Positions 46,360 through 59,992 are shown, numbered from the stretch's first letter. The stretch is 64,000 nt of DNA from Anaeromyxobacteraceae bacterium (GCA_032654565.1 JAULAX010000017.1:288001-352000); one strand, 5' to 3'. Notes: a model not told the origin generated them from the letters alone. Made by a program: numbers and translations.

Positions 46360-47247
46360 CTACGGCGCGGGCGCCTCGGGCGTCGCCCCGGCCGGGCCGG
46401 CCCCCGCCAGCGGGCGGCCGGCGAGGTGGGCCAGGCGGATCCGCTCCGGTGGGGTGCGCAGCTCGCTGACCACCCCGACCAGCCGGAGCCCCCGCAGGGC
46501 CAGCCAGGAGAGGTCGAGCTCCCACCAGAACCAGCCCTGGTTGGCGGTGGTCGGGTAGAAGTGGTGGTTGTTGTGCCAGCCTTCACCCATCGTGATGATG
46601 GCGAGGAGGAAGCTGTTGCGCGACTCGTCGCCGGTCTGGTAGCGCCGGCGCCCCATGACGTGGGCCAGCGAGTTGATGACGAAGGTCCCGTGCCAGAGCA
46701 CCGCGGTGGAGACGAAGAAGCCCCAGAGCAGGGCCGGCCAGCCGCCGGCCAGGAAGAGCCCGAGGGCCAGCAGCGCCGGGGGCAGGCCGTGGTAGCGGTC
46801 GAGGAAGCGCAGCTCCGGGAAGCGGGCCAGGTCCTTGATGCGGTCCAGCCGGGTGGCGTTGTAACGGGTGGACAGGAACCAGCCGGCGTGGCTCCACCAG
46901 AACCCCTGCTGGACCGGGGAGTGGATGTCCTCGGGGGTGTCCGAGTAGCGGTGGTGGTCGCGGTGGTGCGCCGCCCACCAGAGCGCTCCCTTCTGCGCCG
47001 AGGCCCCGCCGACGAGGGCGAGGATGAACTGGAAGGCCCGACTGGTCCGGTAGGCCCGGTGGGCGAAGTAGCGGTGGTAGCCGGCGGTGATGCCGAACAT
47101 CCGGACCACGTAGGCGGCCACCGCCAGCCCCACCAGGCCGGCGGTCGGCGGCGCCAGCCACGGCGTGGCCAGGGCGACCAGGTGGATGGCGATGAACGGG
47201 CTGGAGGCGAGCCAGTCGATGCGATCGGGATCGCGGGGGGAGGCCAT
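46360..47247 (-). CDS. acyl-CoA (delta-9-like) fatty acid desaturase
   Basis: His boxes [20 protein letters not shown]. Confidence 0.93.
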   Translation of the reverse strand: MASPRDPDRIDWLASSPFIAIHLVALATPWLAPPTAGLVGLAVAAYVVRMFGITAGYHRYFAHRAYRTSRAFQFILALVGGASAQKGALWWAAHHRDHHRYSDTPEDIHSPVQQGFWWSHAGWFLSTRYNATRLDRIKDLARFPELRFLDRYHGLPPALLALGLFLAGGWPALLWGFFVSTAVLWHGTFVINSLAHVMGRRRYQTGDESRNSFLLAIITMGEGWHNNHHFYPTTANQGWFWWELDLSWLALRGLRLVGVVSELRTPPERIRLAHLAGRPLAGAGPAGATPEAPAP

Positions 47248-47423
47248 CCCCTGTATCTGCGCCCGTCCGGTCACCGGCGTGTCATGGCGAGCCTGCCGCC
47301 GCGCCGGAGGGTGGCGCGGGGGCTCCGGGGGCGCCCGGCGCGGAGCGGCCTGCGCAGGAAAGCCTTGCCCTCGGGAGGGCCTGCGCTATCTTGCGGGCCC
47401 ACGCCAACGGAACGGAGCTCTCG

Positions 47424-47741
47424 ATGGCCAGCGCGACTGTGAATGGAGTTCTCTGCCGGGTCACCGCCGACAAGGACCTGGGCGACAGCTGGGCTGTGGC
47501 GGTGGTCCCTCCGGCCGGCTCGCTGCTCCCACCCCAGGTGGTCAAGCTGCAGGGGAACGACCGGGCCGCCGTCATCAAGGGGGCGCTGACCGGCCTCAAG
47601 GCGCGCGGGTCGATCGAGCGGTTCGAGCTCGATCCGGCTCCGCCGGCGCCTGTCGCTCCCGCCGCGGCCGCCCCGGCTGCGACCCCTGCGGCACCGGCGG
47701 CACCGGCTCCGGCGGCGCCGGCCGCCACGCCCGGCGCCTAG
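47424..47741 (+). CDS. small hypothetical protein with Ala/Pro tail
   Basis: SD GGAG before ATG, upstream -10-like TATCTT, plausible coding bias. Confidence 0.65.
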   Translation: MASATVNGVLCRVTADKDLGDSWAVAVVPPAGSLLPPQVVKLQGNDRAAVIKGALTGLKARGSIERFELDPAPPAPVAPAAAAPAATPAAPAAPAPAAPAATPGA

Positions 47742-47763
47742 ACCGGTACCTGCCCCGGGACGT

Positions 47764-48513
47764 TCAGGGCTCCGGCCGCTCCACCCGGACCACGGCGCCG
47801 GCCGGCAAGGCCGCCAGCAGCGCCTCCAGCGCCGCCAGCACCTGGTCGAGACGCCTCGACTCGACGGTGAGCTTCACGGCGTGGTCGGCCTCGTCGAAGC
47901 GGGGGTAGCTGCCGATCTCGGCGCCGGGGTGCGCGGCCGCCACCGCGGTCACCGCCGGGGCGATCTGGTCCTCGACCACCGAGAGGAAGACGCAGGCCAG
48001 GTGGAACCGCTCGCCGCCCATGGCGGGGGCGAAGCCGTCGAACTGGTAGCGGAAGAACTTGGGCACGCCCGGCAGCATCACCACGCCGTCGCAGACCAGG
48101 GTGGGGAAGGCCGGGTCCCCGGCCAGCTCGGTCCCCTCGGGGACGTCCGCCATCCGCAGCCCCGCCTCGGGCAGCTCCATGGACCGGATGCGCCGGTGGA
48201 TGGCCCGGTAGATCCCCACCAGCCGGTCGTCGCGCACCAGCCGCCGCCCCAGGGCCACCGCCACCGACGCCACCGTCACGTCGTCGTGGGTCGGCCCCAC
48301 CCCGCCCGAGGTGATGATCCACCCGACCCGGGGGCGCTCGCGGAGCACCGCCTCGACGATCTCGTCCTCGCGGTCGCGCACCGTCTGGATCGATCGCAGC
48401 TCGATGCCCAGCTGGTGCAGCCGCTCCGCCAGCCACGGGCTGTTCTCGTCCACCACCTTGGCCGAGAGCACCTCATTCCCCACCACCACCAGCGACGCCG
48501 ACGGGTCCCGCAT
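47764..48513 (-). CDS. CinA-like molybdopterin-binding domain protein
   Basis: GNEVLSAKVVDENS, SGGVGPTHDDVT, LPGVP, IGSYP. Confidence 0.9.
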   Translation of the reverse strand: MRDPSASLVVVGNEVLSAKVVDENSPWLAERLHQLGIELRSIQTVRDREDEIVEAVLRERPRVGWIITSGGVGPTHDDVTVASVAVALGRRLVRDDRLVGIYRAIHRRIRSMELPEAGLRMADVPEGTELAGDPAFPTLVCDGVVMLPGVPKFFRYQFDGFAPAMGGERFHLACVFLSVVEDQIAPAVTAVAAAHPGAEIGSYPRFDEADHAVKLTVESRRLDQVLAALEALLAALPAGAVVRVERPEP

Positions 48514-49169
48514 CAGCGCCTCCGCCCCGGGGCGCGCGGCCGCGGCGTCCCCGCCAGGCGAGCCACCGCGGCGGCCACCGCCTCCACCGGCTGCTCGCCG
48601 TCGAGCACCTCGATCCGTTGCCCACGCCCGCGCAGCGTCGCCAGGGCCCGCTCGTAGCTCCGGGCCACGCGCCGCTGGAAGGCGTCCACCTCGTAGAGCT
48701 CGGGCGTGGTCCCGGCGCCGCGGCGCCGCCCCAGCGCCAGGCCGGGCCGGACCCGCAGGAAGATGGTCAGGTCGGGGGCCCGGGCCCGGCCGTTGATCTC
48801 CTCGACCCAGGCCGGGTCCCTGGTGGTGAGCGACTGGTAGGCCAGCGAGGAGAGCGTGTAGCGATCCGAGACCACGTCCTCGCCGGCCTCCAGGCGCGGC
48901 AGCACCTCGGCGGAGAGGTGGTCGAGCCGGTCGGCGGCGAAGAGCAGCGCCAGCGCGTCGGCGTCGAAGCCCTCGCCGGCCCCGCCGTTGACCCGCCGCT
49001 GCAGGACCTGCCGCAGCAGCGCCCCCACCGGACCGCCCGAGGGCTCGGCGGTGACGTGGGCCCGCCGCCCGGCCGCCCGCAGCGCCTCCCCGAGCAGGCG
49101 CGACTGGGTGGTGGTCCCCGCCCCGTCCAGCCCCTCGAGGACGATGAAGCGCCCGCCGGCCCGGCTCAC
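48513..49169 (-). CDS. tmk: thymidylate kinase
   Basis: FIVLEGLDGAGTTTQ, LLFAADR, SDRY..SSLAYQ, PDLTIFL. Confidence 0.95.
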   Translation of the reverse strand: MSRAGGRFIVLEGLDGAGTTTQSRLLGEALRAAGRRAHVTAEPSGGPVGALLRQVLQRRVNGGAGEGFDADALALLFAADRLDHLSAEVLPRLEAGEDVVSDRYTLSSLAYQSLTTRDPAWVEEINGRARAPDLTIFLRVRPGLALGRRRGAGTTPELYEVDAFQRRVARSYERALATLRGRGQRIEVLDGEQPVEAVAAAVARLAGTPRPRAPGRRR

Positions 49170-49531
49170 GTGTCGAGCCCCAGCTCCTTGCGGAGCGCCA
49201 GCAGCCGCTTGAACTTCTGGTCCTCGATCATCCGCAGGGCCCGCCCGCGCCGGAACTCGCGCACCGTGTAGCCGATCAGCACGGCCGCCCCCAGCATGGC
49301 CAGCAGGAACCACATGGGGAGCCCCGGCGGCGGCGGCGGCTTGTGGACCGGGAGCCAGCCCCAGCGGTCCCAGCCCAGCTTGACGGTGAGGCCGAAGGCG
49401 ATGAAGGAGAAGAAGGCCAGCACCCCGCCATTCTGGACGTGATCGACCGAGGTCCGGGTCCCGATCTCCTCGGCGATCCGGTCGTGCTCGACCCGCAGCG
49501 CGGCGCGCTCATCGGTGCCCCTGGTCCCCAT
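49166..49531 (-). CDS. hypothetical two-TM membrane protein
   Basis: Sits between thrC and tmk and overlaps the tmk start; two hydrophobic helices. Confidence 0.75.
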   Translation of the reverse strand: MGTRGTDERAALRVEHDRIAEEIGTRTSVDHVQNGGVLAFFSFIAFGLTVKLGWDRWGWLPVHKPPPPPGLPMWFLLAMLGAAVLIGYTVREFRRGRALRMIEDQKFKRLLALRKELGLDT

Positions 49532-49534
49532 CGG

Positions 49535-50920
49535 TCAGCCCCCCGTGGCGCGCCCGTGCCGGGCGGCGATGGCGTCCTGCACGGCCCCCAGCGTCGCCGC
49601 CACCCGCACCGCCGGGTTGCGCAACGGCGACCGGAGCCCCGGCAGCGTGCCGTCATGGTAGCCCACCTTGAAGTCGGCGAACTTGAGCCCGTGGGCGGTG
49701 GAGATGACCACCACCCGCTCGCCCGGCTTGACCACGCCGCGGCTGGCCAGCTTCTCCAGCGCCGCCAGCGCCACCCCGGTGTGGGGGCAGGTGAAGAGCC
49801 CGGCCCGGTCGGCGCGGGCCGCCGCGTCGGCCAGCTCCTGCTCGCTGGCCTGCTCCACCAGCCCGTCGAGCGCCTCCAGGGCCCGCAGCGCCCGCCCGGC
49901 CGAGACCGGGTCGCCGATCTGGATGGCCGAGGCCAGGGTCTTGCGGGCCGCCACCGGCGCCACCGCCACGCCCGGCGCCGCCCGCCGCCCGGCCGCGGTG
50001 GTGGCCTGGTAGAGCGGGTTGGCGTGCTCGGCCTGCGCCACCACCAGCCGGGGGAGCCGGTCGATCAGCCCCAGCGCCTTCATCATGGTGAAGCCCTTGC
50101 CGACGGCGCTGGCGTTGCCGAGGTTGCCGCCCGGGATCACCACCCAGTCCGGCGCCGTCCAGCCCAGCTGCTGGGCGATCTCGATGGAGGCGGTCTTCTG
50201 CCCCTCGATGCGCAGCGAGTTCATCGAGTTGGCCAGGTAGATGTCGGCGGTCTCGGAGAGCGCCTGCACCACCTTCATGCAGCCGTCGAAGTCGGTGTCC
50301 AGCTCCAGCACCAGGGCCCCGTTGGCGATGGGCTGCACCAGCTGGGCGGTGGAGATCTTGCCGCGCGGCAGCAGCACCACGCTGGGGATCCCGGCCGCGG
50401 CGCAGTAGGCCGACAGCGCCGCCGAGGTGTCGCCGGTGGAGGCGCAGGCCACCGCCCGGATGGGCGTGCCGCAGGCCCGCATCTCCTGCACCGCCGAGAC
50501 CAGCACGGTCATCCCCAGGTCCTTGAAGGAGCCGGTGTGGGTGACGCCGCACTCCTTGACCCAGACATCCTCCAGCCCGATCTCGCGGGCGTAGCGATCG
50601 ACCCGCAGCAGCGGGCTGCCCCCCTCGAACATCGACACCACGTTGGCGTCGGCCAGCTGCGGGTAGATCCACTCCTTCTTGCCCCAGACCCCGGAGCCGT
50701 AGGGCCAGGCCCCCAGCTTGAACCGCCCGTCGAAGAGCGCCCGCCACTCGGCCGGGGCCCGGGCGCGGAGCGCGGCGAGGTCGTGCTCCACCTCGAGCAG
50801 GCCGGCGCAGCGCGGGCAGCGGTAGATCACCTCGGTGAGCGGGGCGTGGAAGTCGCACCCCTCGCCGCAGCGGTAGCGGGCGGTGAAGGGGGAGGCGGTG
50901 CGGGAGGCGGGGGCGTTCAT
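49535..50920 (-). CDS. thrC: threonine synthase
   Basis: HTGSFKDLG PLP-lysine motif, CASTGDTSA, PGGNLGN, STAHGLKF. Confidence 0.95.
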   Translation of the reverse strand: MNAPASRTASPFTARYRCGEGCDFHAPLTEVIYRCPRCAGLLEVEHDLAALRARAPAEWRALFDGRFKLGAWPYGSGVWGKKEWIYPQLADANVVSMFEGGSPLLRVDRYAREIGLEDVWVKECGVTHTGSFKDLGMTVLVSAVQEMRACGTPIRAVACASTGDTSAALSAYCAAAGIPSVVLLPRGKISTAQLVQPIANGALVLELDTDFDGCMKVVQALSETADIYLANSMNSLRIEGQKTASIEIAQQLGWTAPDWVVIPGGNLGNASAVGKGFTMMKALGLIDRLPRLVVAQAEHANPLYQATTAAGRRAAPGVAVAPVAARKTLASAIQIGDPVSAGRALRALEALDGLVEQASEQELADAAARADRAGLFTCPHTGVALAALEKLASRGVVKPGERVVVISTAHGLKFADFKVGYHDGTLPGLRSPLRNPAVRVAATLGAVQDAIAARHGRATGG

Positions 50921-50978
50921 GGCGGGGCGATCACGGAGCGGTGCGAGGGGGCGGCGTTCGAGGGTGGGGGCCGGCGGG

Positions 50979-51518
50979 CTACTCGGTCTTGTTGCGGGCG
51001 CCGCAGGCGGGGCAGGTGGAGCGGGTGATGGGGGTGCCGCAGGAGCAGAGCCGGGGTCCAGCGCCGGCGGCCAGCGGGGCCGGCGGCGCCACCCCTCCCA
51101 GCTGCATGCCGCAGCGGGCGCAGATCCGCTCGCCGGGACCGGCCGGGGTCCGGCAGTAGCGGCAGATGGGGAAGAGCGGCAGCACCGTGCGGGGATCCCC
51201 GGAGGCGCCGGCGGCGGTCGGCTCCAGGTCCGGGACCGTCTCCCCCGGGGCGTCGACCCGCTCCGCCAGCGTCGGCTCGAACTCGGGGACCGTCTCGGCG
51301 GCGACGGCGCCAGCGGCGGGCTGCAGCGTCGGCTCCAGCTCCGGGAGCAGCGCCACCTCCACGGCACTCGCCGCCTCGCCCTGGGCGGTGGTCTCCAGCC
51401 CCTCCAGCGGCTCCACCGTCGCCTCGCCGGCGGACTGGGGCCCCCGCAGGGATCGGCCGCAGACCTCGCACTCGTCCCCGGTCGGCTGGGGGTTCTCGCA
51501 GACCGGGCAGGCGCTCAC
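50979..51518 (-). CDS. multi zinc-ribbon protein with acidic P-x-LEPT repeats
   Basis: CPVC/CEVC, CRYC/CARC, CSC/CPAC; GTG overlaps the upstream stop. Confidence 0.8.
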   Translation of the reverse strand: MSACPVCENPQPTGDECEVCGRSLRGPQSAGEATVEPLEGLETTAQGEAASAVEVALLPELEPTLQPAAGAVAAETVPEFEPTLAERVDAPGETVPDLEPTAAGASGDPRTVLPLFPICRYCRTPAGPGERICARCGMQLGGVAPPAPLAAGAGPRLCSCGTPITRSTCPACGARNKTE

Positions 51519-52894
51519 CGGCCCTCCGGTGGGCGCCGGGTGAAGCGGGCGTGGAACTCCCCCATGCGCCGGACCACCTCCTCGATCCGGTCGAGGGGCG
51601 GGAGGATGGTGGTGCGCAGGTGCCAGGTGCCCGGCCGCTGGCCGAACCCGGAGCCGTCGACCACGCAGATGCCGGTCTCCTCCAGCAGCGCCATGCAGTA
51701 CTCGACGTCGGTGACGCCGGGGGGCAGCGTGATCTGCGGGAAGGCGTACATGGCGCCGGCCACCGGCTGGCAGCGGATGCCGGGCACGGCGTTCAGCCCG
51801 CGCTCGACGATCCCGGCCTTGTGGGCCAGCGGCTCCAGCACCTGGCGCTTCTCCTCGGCCCAGCGCGGGTAGGAGGGATCGCCGGGCCGGGGCGGTCGCA
51901 CCTGCAGGTAGAGCACCACCTGGCCGGCGGTGTTGGCGCAGAGCGCCACCGACTGCAGCTTGGTCAGCTCGGCCTGCACCTCGGCGGGGATGTGGCGGCA
52001 CTCGACGTAGCCGCCGCGGTGGCCGCACTCGCCCAGGTAGCCCTTCGACGTGGAGTGGAAGCTGAAGAGCGAGACGTCGCTCCAGCCCAGCCGCGCCAGC
52101 ACCCGGGCGAAGGAGACGAAGCGGGCCCCGGCCCGGTAGACGTTGTCCTGGTAGACCTCGTCGGCCAGCACCGCCAGATCGTGGGCCCGGGCGAACTCCA
52201 GGACCAGCTCGACGTTGGCCTCGTCGAGCACGGCGCCGGTGGGGTTGCCGGGGTTGATGACCACGATGGCGCGGGGCCGGATCCCCCGGGCCACCGCCGC
52301 GGCGTGGGAGGCCTCCAGGGTGGCGCGGGAGAAGCCCCAGTCGGCGGTCTCGTCCAGCTCGTAGGAGACCGCCGTCCCCTCGTAGAGGGCGATGGTGGCC
52401 GAGTAGAGCGGGTACTGCGGGATGGGGATGAGGATGCCGTCCCGCGGCCCGGAGATGAGCATGCGCAGCACCGACTGCACGCCCTTGCTGGCCCCGTCGG
52501 TCAGGTAGATGGCCTCGGGGTCGGCCTCCACGGCGTCCCGCCCGGTGATGAAGGCCGCCACGGCCTCGCGGATGAAGCGGAAGCCCTTGCTCTCGGTGTA
52601 GACGCCGAGGCCGTGCTGGCTGCGGGCGCCGATCTCGCGGGCGGTGGCCACCACGTCGGCCGGGAAGGTCCCGGCCGGCACCTGGTCGAGCAGCTCCGGG
52701 TACTCGGCCAGCGCCAGCACCTGGCGCACCCAGGTGAGCGGCCGCTGCCCCAGCGACTGGGGGTTGCCGATGTTGCAGAAGATGATCTCCCGACCGGCCC
52801 GCTCCAGCTCGGCGGCGCGGGCCACGATGGGCCCCCGCACGGCGTACTCGGTGGAGCGGACCTGGGGGGAGATGTCTTCCAGCTTGAGCGCCAT
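51515..52894 (-). CDS. PLP-dependent alanine aminotransferase (class I)
   Basis: EYAVRG, CNIGNPQ, INPGNPTG, ADEVYQ, FHSTSKGYLGECGHRGGY. Confidence 0.9.
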   Translation of the reverse strand: MALKLEDISPQVRSTEYAVRGPIVARAAELERAGREIIFCNIGNPQSLGQRPLTWVRQVLALAEYPELLDQVPAGTFPADVVATAREIGARSQHGLGVYTESKGFRFIREAVAAFITGRDAVEADPEAIYLTDGASKGVQSVLRMLISGPRDGILIPIPQYPLYSATIALYEGTAVSYELDETADWGFSRATLEASHAAAVARGIRPRAIVVINPGNPTGAVLDEANVELVLEFARAHDLAVLADEVYQDNVYRAGARFVSFARVLARLGWSDVSLFSFHSTSKGYLGECGHRGGYVECRHIPAEVQAELTKLQSVALCANTAGQVVLYLQVRPPRPGDPSYPRWAEEKRQVLEPLAHKAGIVERGLNAVPGIRCQPVAGAMYAFPQITLPPGVTDVEYCMALLEETGICVVDGSGFGQRPGTWHLRTTILPPLDRIEEVVRRMGEFHARFTRRPPEGR

Positions 52895-52974
52895 GCGACC
52901 GGGCCTCCGGGGGACGGCACGCCATGGGCGCGCCGGGCCGGGCAGTTTAGCAGATCCGGCCAGCCCGGCTCGCC

Positions 52975-55620
52975 CTACCCGACCTGCGCCAGGGAGAGGC
53001 GCCCGGCCCAGCGGGTGGCCAGCGCCCGGGCCATGGCCCGGTGGCCGGGGGCGGCCAGGCCGGGGTCGGCCTCGACGACGGCGAAGGCCTCCTCGCGCGC
53101 CTCGTCGAGGATGGCCTCGTCGCGGTAGAGGTCGGCCACCTCGAAGAGCGCCTGGCCCGACTGGCGGGTCCCCAGCAGCTCCCCGGGGCCGCGCAGCTTG
53201 AGGTCGACCCGGGCCAGCTCGAACCCGTCCTGGGTCCGGCACAGGGCGTCGAGCCGCTCCCGGGCGTCGGGCCCGGCCTGCCGCAGCTGGGCCAGCAGCA
53301 GGCACTGGCTCCGGGCGGCGCCCCGCCCCACCCGGCCGCGCAGCTGGTGGAGCTGCGAGAGGCCGAAGCGCTCGGCGTGCTCCACCACCATGACCGTGGC
53401 GTTGGGCACGTCCACCCCCACCTCGATGACCGTGGTGGCCACCAGCACCGCGAGCTGGCCGCGCCGGAAGGCCTCCATCACCCGCTGCTTCTCGTCGGCC
53501 TTCATCCGGCCGTGGAGGAGCCCGACGACGTGCGGCGCCAGGGCCCGGGCCAGGGTCTCGGCGCCGCTGGTGGCGTCGGCCAGGTCGACCTTCTCCGACT
53601 CCTCCACCAGCGGGTAGACCACGTAGGCCTGCCGCCCCGCCGCCAGCTCGGCCCGGACCGCGTCGAGCACCTTCTTGCGCTGCGACTCGCCGAAGAGCCG
53701 GGTCTCCACCGGGGTCCGGCCCGGCGGCAGCTCGGTGATCTTCGACTGGTCGAGGTCGCCGTAGAAGGCCAGCGCCAGGGTCCGGGGGATGGGGGTGGCG
53801 GTCATCACCAGCACGTCGGGGCGGGTCCCCTTGGCGATCAGCGAGGCCCGCTGCAGCACGCCGAAGCGGTGCTGCTCGTCCACCACCACCAGGCCGAGCC
53901 GCTCGAAGTCCACCGAGGCCTCGAGCAGGGCGTGGGTGCCCACGGCGATCCGGGCCCGGCCGGTGCGGAGCGCCTGGCGGGCCTCCCTCTGGGCGGCGCC
54001 GCGGGCCACCGCCCCCACCACCGCCACCTCCAGGCCGCTCCCCTCGAGCCAGCGGCGCAGGGTGGCGGCGTGCTGCTCGGCGAGGATCTCGGTGGGGGCC
54101 ATCAGCGCCGCCTGCCAGCCCGACTGGACCGCCAGCATGGCCGCGGCGAAGGCCACCGCGGTCTTGCCGCTCCCCACGTCCCCCTGGAGGAGCCGGTTCA
54201 TGGGCTCGGGCCGGGCCATGTCGGCGGCGACCTCGCCCAGCACCTTGCGCTGGGAGCCGGTCAGCGCGAAGGGCAGCCGGGCCACCGCCGCGGCCATGGC
54301 GTTGGGGCCGGCCTCGAAGGCGATGCCGGCCTCGACCTTGACGCCCCGCCGCCGCCGCGCCAGCGCCAGCTGCAGGAAGAAGAACTCCTCGAAGACCAGC
54401 CGGCGGAAGGCCGGGGTGGCCCGCGCCGCCGCCGCCAGCAGGTCGGTGCCGGCGGCCGGGAAGTGGGCCTGGCGAAGCGCCTCGCCCCGCTCCAGCAGCC
54501 GGCGCCGGGACCGCACCGCCGCGGGCAGGTCCTCGCTGGCGCGCGGGGCCAGCTCGTCGCAGAGCCGCTTCATCACCTTGCGCAGGGCCGGGTGTTGCCA
54601 GCCGGCCGGCCCCGGGTAGATGGGGACGACGCGTGAGAAGTTGGCCGAGTCGCCGGGCTGGTGGCTCTCCAGCTCCGGGTTGGTCATCTGCCGGCGCCCG
54701 CCGAATCCCTCGCTCACCTTGCCCCAGCAGAGCAGGGCGTCGCCCGGCTTGACCTGCCTCTCCTTCCAGGGCGGGGCGTTGAAGAAGACCAGCCCGAGCG
54801 GCGCCGAGCCGTCGGCGACCTGGACCTCGAGCATGGCGCGGCCGTTGCGCATCCGCTTCTGGCGGACCGACTGCACCGTCGCCAGCACGATCCCCTCCTC
54901 GCCCACCTGCAGGTCGGCGATGCGGCGCAGCGTGGTCCGGTCCTGCCAGGCGCGCGGCCAGAACTCCAGGGCCTGCCCGGCGGTGAGCCGGCCGCGCTCC
55001 TCGAGCAGGGCCCGCGGCGAGGTGTGGACCCCGGGCAGCTCGGCGAGCGGGGTGTCGAGCGTGATCGACGGACCCCAGGGCGGCGGTGGCGCGGGACGGG
55101 GCGGCGTGGCCGGGGGCGCGGTCGGGATGGCCGCCGCGGGCCGGGGGGCTGCCGGGGTCGGAGGCGGGGGCGACGCCGAGCCGGGGGCCGTGGACCGGGC
55201 CGGGCCCCGGGTCGCCGCCGGGGGCGGGGCCGGCGCCGCGGGGGTGGCGTGCCTGGCGGGCGGGGCGGCGGGCGCCGTCACCGTCCCCAGCCGGGCCGCC
55301 TCGGCGATCTCGGCCGGGACCGCGATGAGCGCCGAGAGGTGGCCGGCCACCCGGATCAGCGCCGCCCGCCGCGCCTCGCCGGCCAGCCCGTCGAAGCGGG
55401 CCACCTCGGCCTGCAGCCCCCGCAGCCGCGCGTCCAGCGGGGCCCCCAGCGCCTGGGCCCGGGTCGCGGTCTCGCCCAGCAGGGCTCCGAAGCCCTTCAG
55501 CCGCGCCGCGCCGGCGAAGCCGTCCTTGACGGCGAAGCGCACCGGCGCCACCAGCGCCTGGAGCGCGGCGGCCGCGGCGGCGGGGGGTGGGGCGGCCGGC
55601 GGCCTCGGGCGGGGGTCCAC
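52975..55620 (-). CDS. recG: ATP-dependent DNA helicase RecG
   Basis: QGDVGSGKT, DEQHRFG, MTATPIPR, SQLHQLRGRVGR, RGPGE; long Pro-rich N-terminal extension. Confidence 0.97.
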   Translation of the reverse strand: MDPRPRPPAAPPPAAAAAALQALVAPVRFAVKDGFAGAARLKGFGALLGETATRAQALGAPLDARLRGLQAEVARFDGLAGEARRAALIRVAGHLSALIAVPAEIAEAARLGTVTAPAAPPARHATPAAPAPPPAATRGPARSTAPGSASPPPPTPAAPRPAAAIPTAPPATPPRPAPPPPWGPSITLDTPLAELPGVHTSPRALLEERGRLTAGQALEFWPRAWQDRTTLRRIADLQVGEEGIVLATVQSVRQKRMRNGRAMLEVQVADGSAPLGLVFFNAPPWKERQVKPGDALLCWGKVSEGFGGRRQMTNPELESHQPGDSANFSRVVPIYPGPAGWQHPALRKVMKRLCDELAPRASEDLPAAVRSRRRLLERGEALRQAHFPAAGTDLLAAAARATPAFRRLVFEEFFFLQLALARRRRGVKVEAGIAFEAGPNAMAAAVARLPFALTGSQRKVLGEVAADMARPEPMNRLLQGDVGSGKTAVAFAAAMLAVQSGWQAALMAPTEILAEQHAATLRRWLEGSGLEVAVVGAVARGAAQREARQALRTGRARIAVGTHALLEASVDFERLGLVVVDEQHRFGVLQRASLIAKGTRPDVLVMTATPIPRTLALAFYGDLDQSKITELPPGRTPVETRLFGESQRKKVLDAVRAELAAGRQAYVVYPLVEESEKVDLADATSGAETLARALAPHVVGLLHGRMKADEKQRVMEAFRRGQLAVLVATTVIEVGVDVPNATVMVVEHAERFGLSQLHQLRGRVGRGAARSQCLLLAQLRQAGPDARERLDALCRTQDGFELARVDLKLRGPGELLGTRQSGQALFEVADLYRDEAILDEAREEAFAVVEADPGLAAPGHRAMARALATRWAGRLSLAQVG

Positions 55621-55637
55621 CGGGCCAGCCTAGCCCA

Positions 55638-56144
55638 TCACTCCGACTCCGACTCCGACACCGCGTCCTCGATGAACTCGATCTTCTGGATCTCGTACTC
55701 GCGCACCCGGCCCGGGGTCTGCACCGTCACCGCGTCCCCCTCGGCGCGGCCGATCAGGGCGCGGGCGATGGGCGAGGTCACCGAGATGCGCCCCTGCTTC
55801 AGGTCGGCCTCCAACTCGCCGACGATCCGGTAGCGGACCTCGTCGCCGGAGTCGGAGTCCTCCAGCGTCACCGTGGCCCCGAAGATGACCTTGTCGCCGG
55901 CGTGCTTGGTGACGTCGATGACCTCGGCCGAGGCGATCCAGTGCTCCACCTGGAGGAGCCGCCCCTCCACGTGCGACTGCTTCTCCTTGGCGGCGTGGTA
56001 CTCGGCGTTCTCGGAGAGGTCGCCGTGGGCCCGGGCCTCGGCGATCTCCTTGACGATCTTGGGGCGCTCCACGACCTTGAGCCGCTTCAGCTCGTCCTTC
56101 AGCTTGATCAGCCCCGCCCTGGTCATCGGTACGCGGTCGGACAT
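55638..56144 (-). CDS. greA: transcription elongation factor GreA
   Basis: ARAHGDLSENAEYHAAKE, ISVTSPIARALIG. Confidence 0.97.
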   Translation of the reverse strand: MSDRVPMTRAGLIKLKDELKRLKVVERPKIVKEIAEARAHGDLSENAEYHAAKEKQSHVEGRLLQVEHWIASAEVIDVTKHAGDKVIFGATVTLEDSDSGDEVRYRIVGELEADLKQGRISVTSPIARALIGRAEGDAVTVQTPGRVREYEIQKIEFIEDAVSESESE

Positions 56145-56158
56145 CGCTTGCCTCCCCG

Positions 56159-56198
56159 AAAAACACGGGCGGCCGACCCGGGAAGACCGGGCGGCCGC
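56159..56198 (-). terminator. terminator-like hairpin in the greA leader / after carB
   Basis: 12-bp GC stem with one bulge (56169-56198), then GTGTTTTT. Confidence 0.65.
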
Positions 56199-56211
56199 GC
56201 TCACCACTCAA

Positions 56212-56236
56212 TTCCTAGAGAACCCGGCGGCTCCTG

Positions 56237-56240
<4 letters not shown>
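56212..56240 (-). promoter_or_regulatory. putative greA sigma70 promoter
   Basis: TTGACA-N17-TAGGAA; the -35 overlaps the carB stop codon. Confidence 0.55.
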
Positions 56241-59482
<3,242 letters not shown>

Positions 59483-59539
59483 GGCCGCGGAACCTAGCAC
59501 GAAATGCGTGCCGTTTTCCGCACCGACGTGGGCGCCCGG

Positions 59540-59992
59540 TCAGGCCCCCAGCTTGTCGGCGGCGTCCTTGGCCCGGGCCATCCGGACCGCCTCCAGCATC
59601 TTGCGGACCTTGGGAAAACGCCCGGCCAGGGCGGTCATCACCGGGGCCGGGAAGGTCACCAGCGAGACCGAGGTCCGGGCCACCAGCACCCCGGGGAGGG
59701 GATCGCCCAGCACCCGCCCCTCGCCGAAGATGGCGTTGCGCTCCAGCACCCCGACCTCGACCGCCACCCCCTGCCGGGAGAGCATCACCGCGGCGGTGCC
59801 GTCGCGGAGCAGGTAGAGCCGCTCGTCCCCGCCGTCGGCGGCGATCAGCTCACCCGGCTCGAAGTCCTCGAGGTGGGCCAGCTGCAGCAGGTCCTGCCGG
59901 GCCTCGTCGTCCAGCAGCCGGAAGAGGACGTTGGCCTCCACGAAGGCGGTGGCGGCCAGGTCTCCCCAGACCTCGCGCGGTGCGGTGGGCAT
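59540..59992 (-). CDS. stand-alone cyclic-nucleotide-binding domain protein
   Basis: FEPGELI, LYLLRDG, IFGE; lacks the phosphate-binding Arg. Confidence 0.8.
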   Translation of the reverse strand: MPTAPREVWGDLAATAFVEANVLFRLLDDEARQDLLQLAHLEDFEPGELIAADGGDERLYLLRDGTAAVMLSRQGVAVEVGVLERNAIFGEGRVLGDPLPGVLVARTSVSLVTFPAPVMTALAGRFPKVRKMLEAVRMARAKDAADKLGA

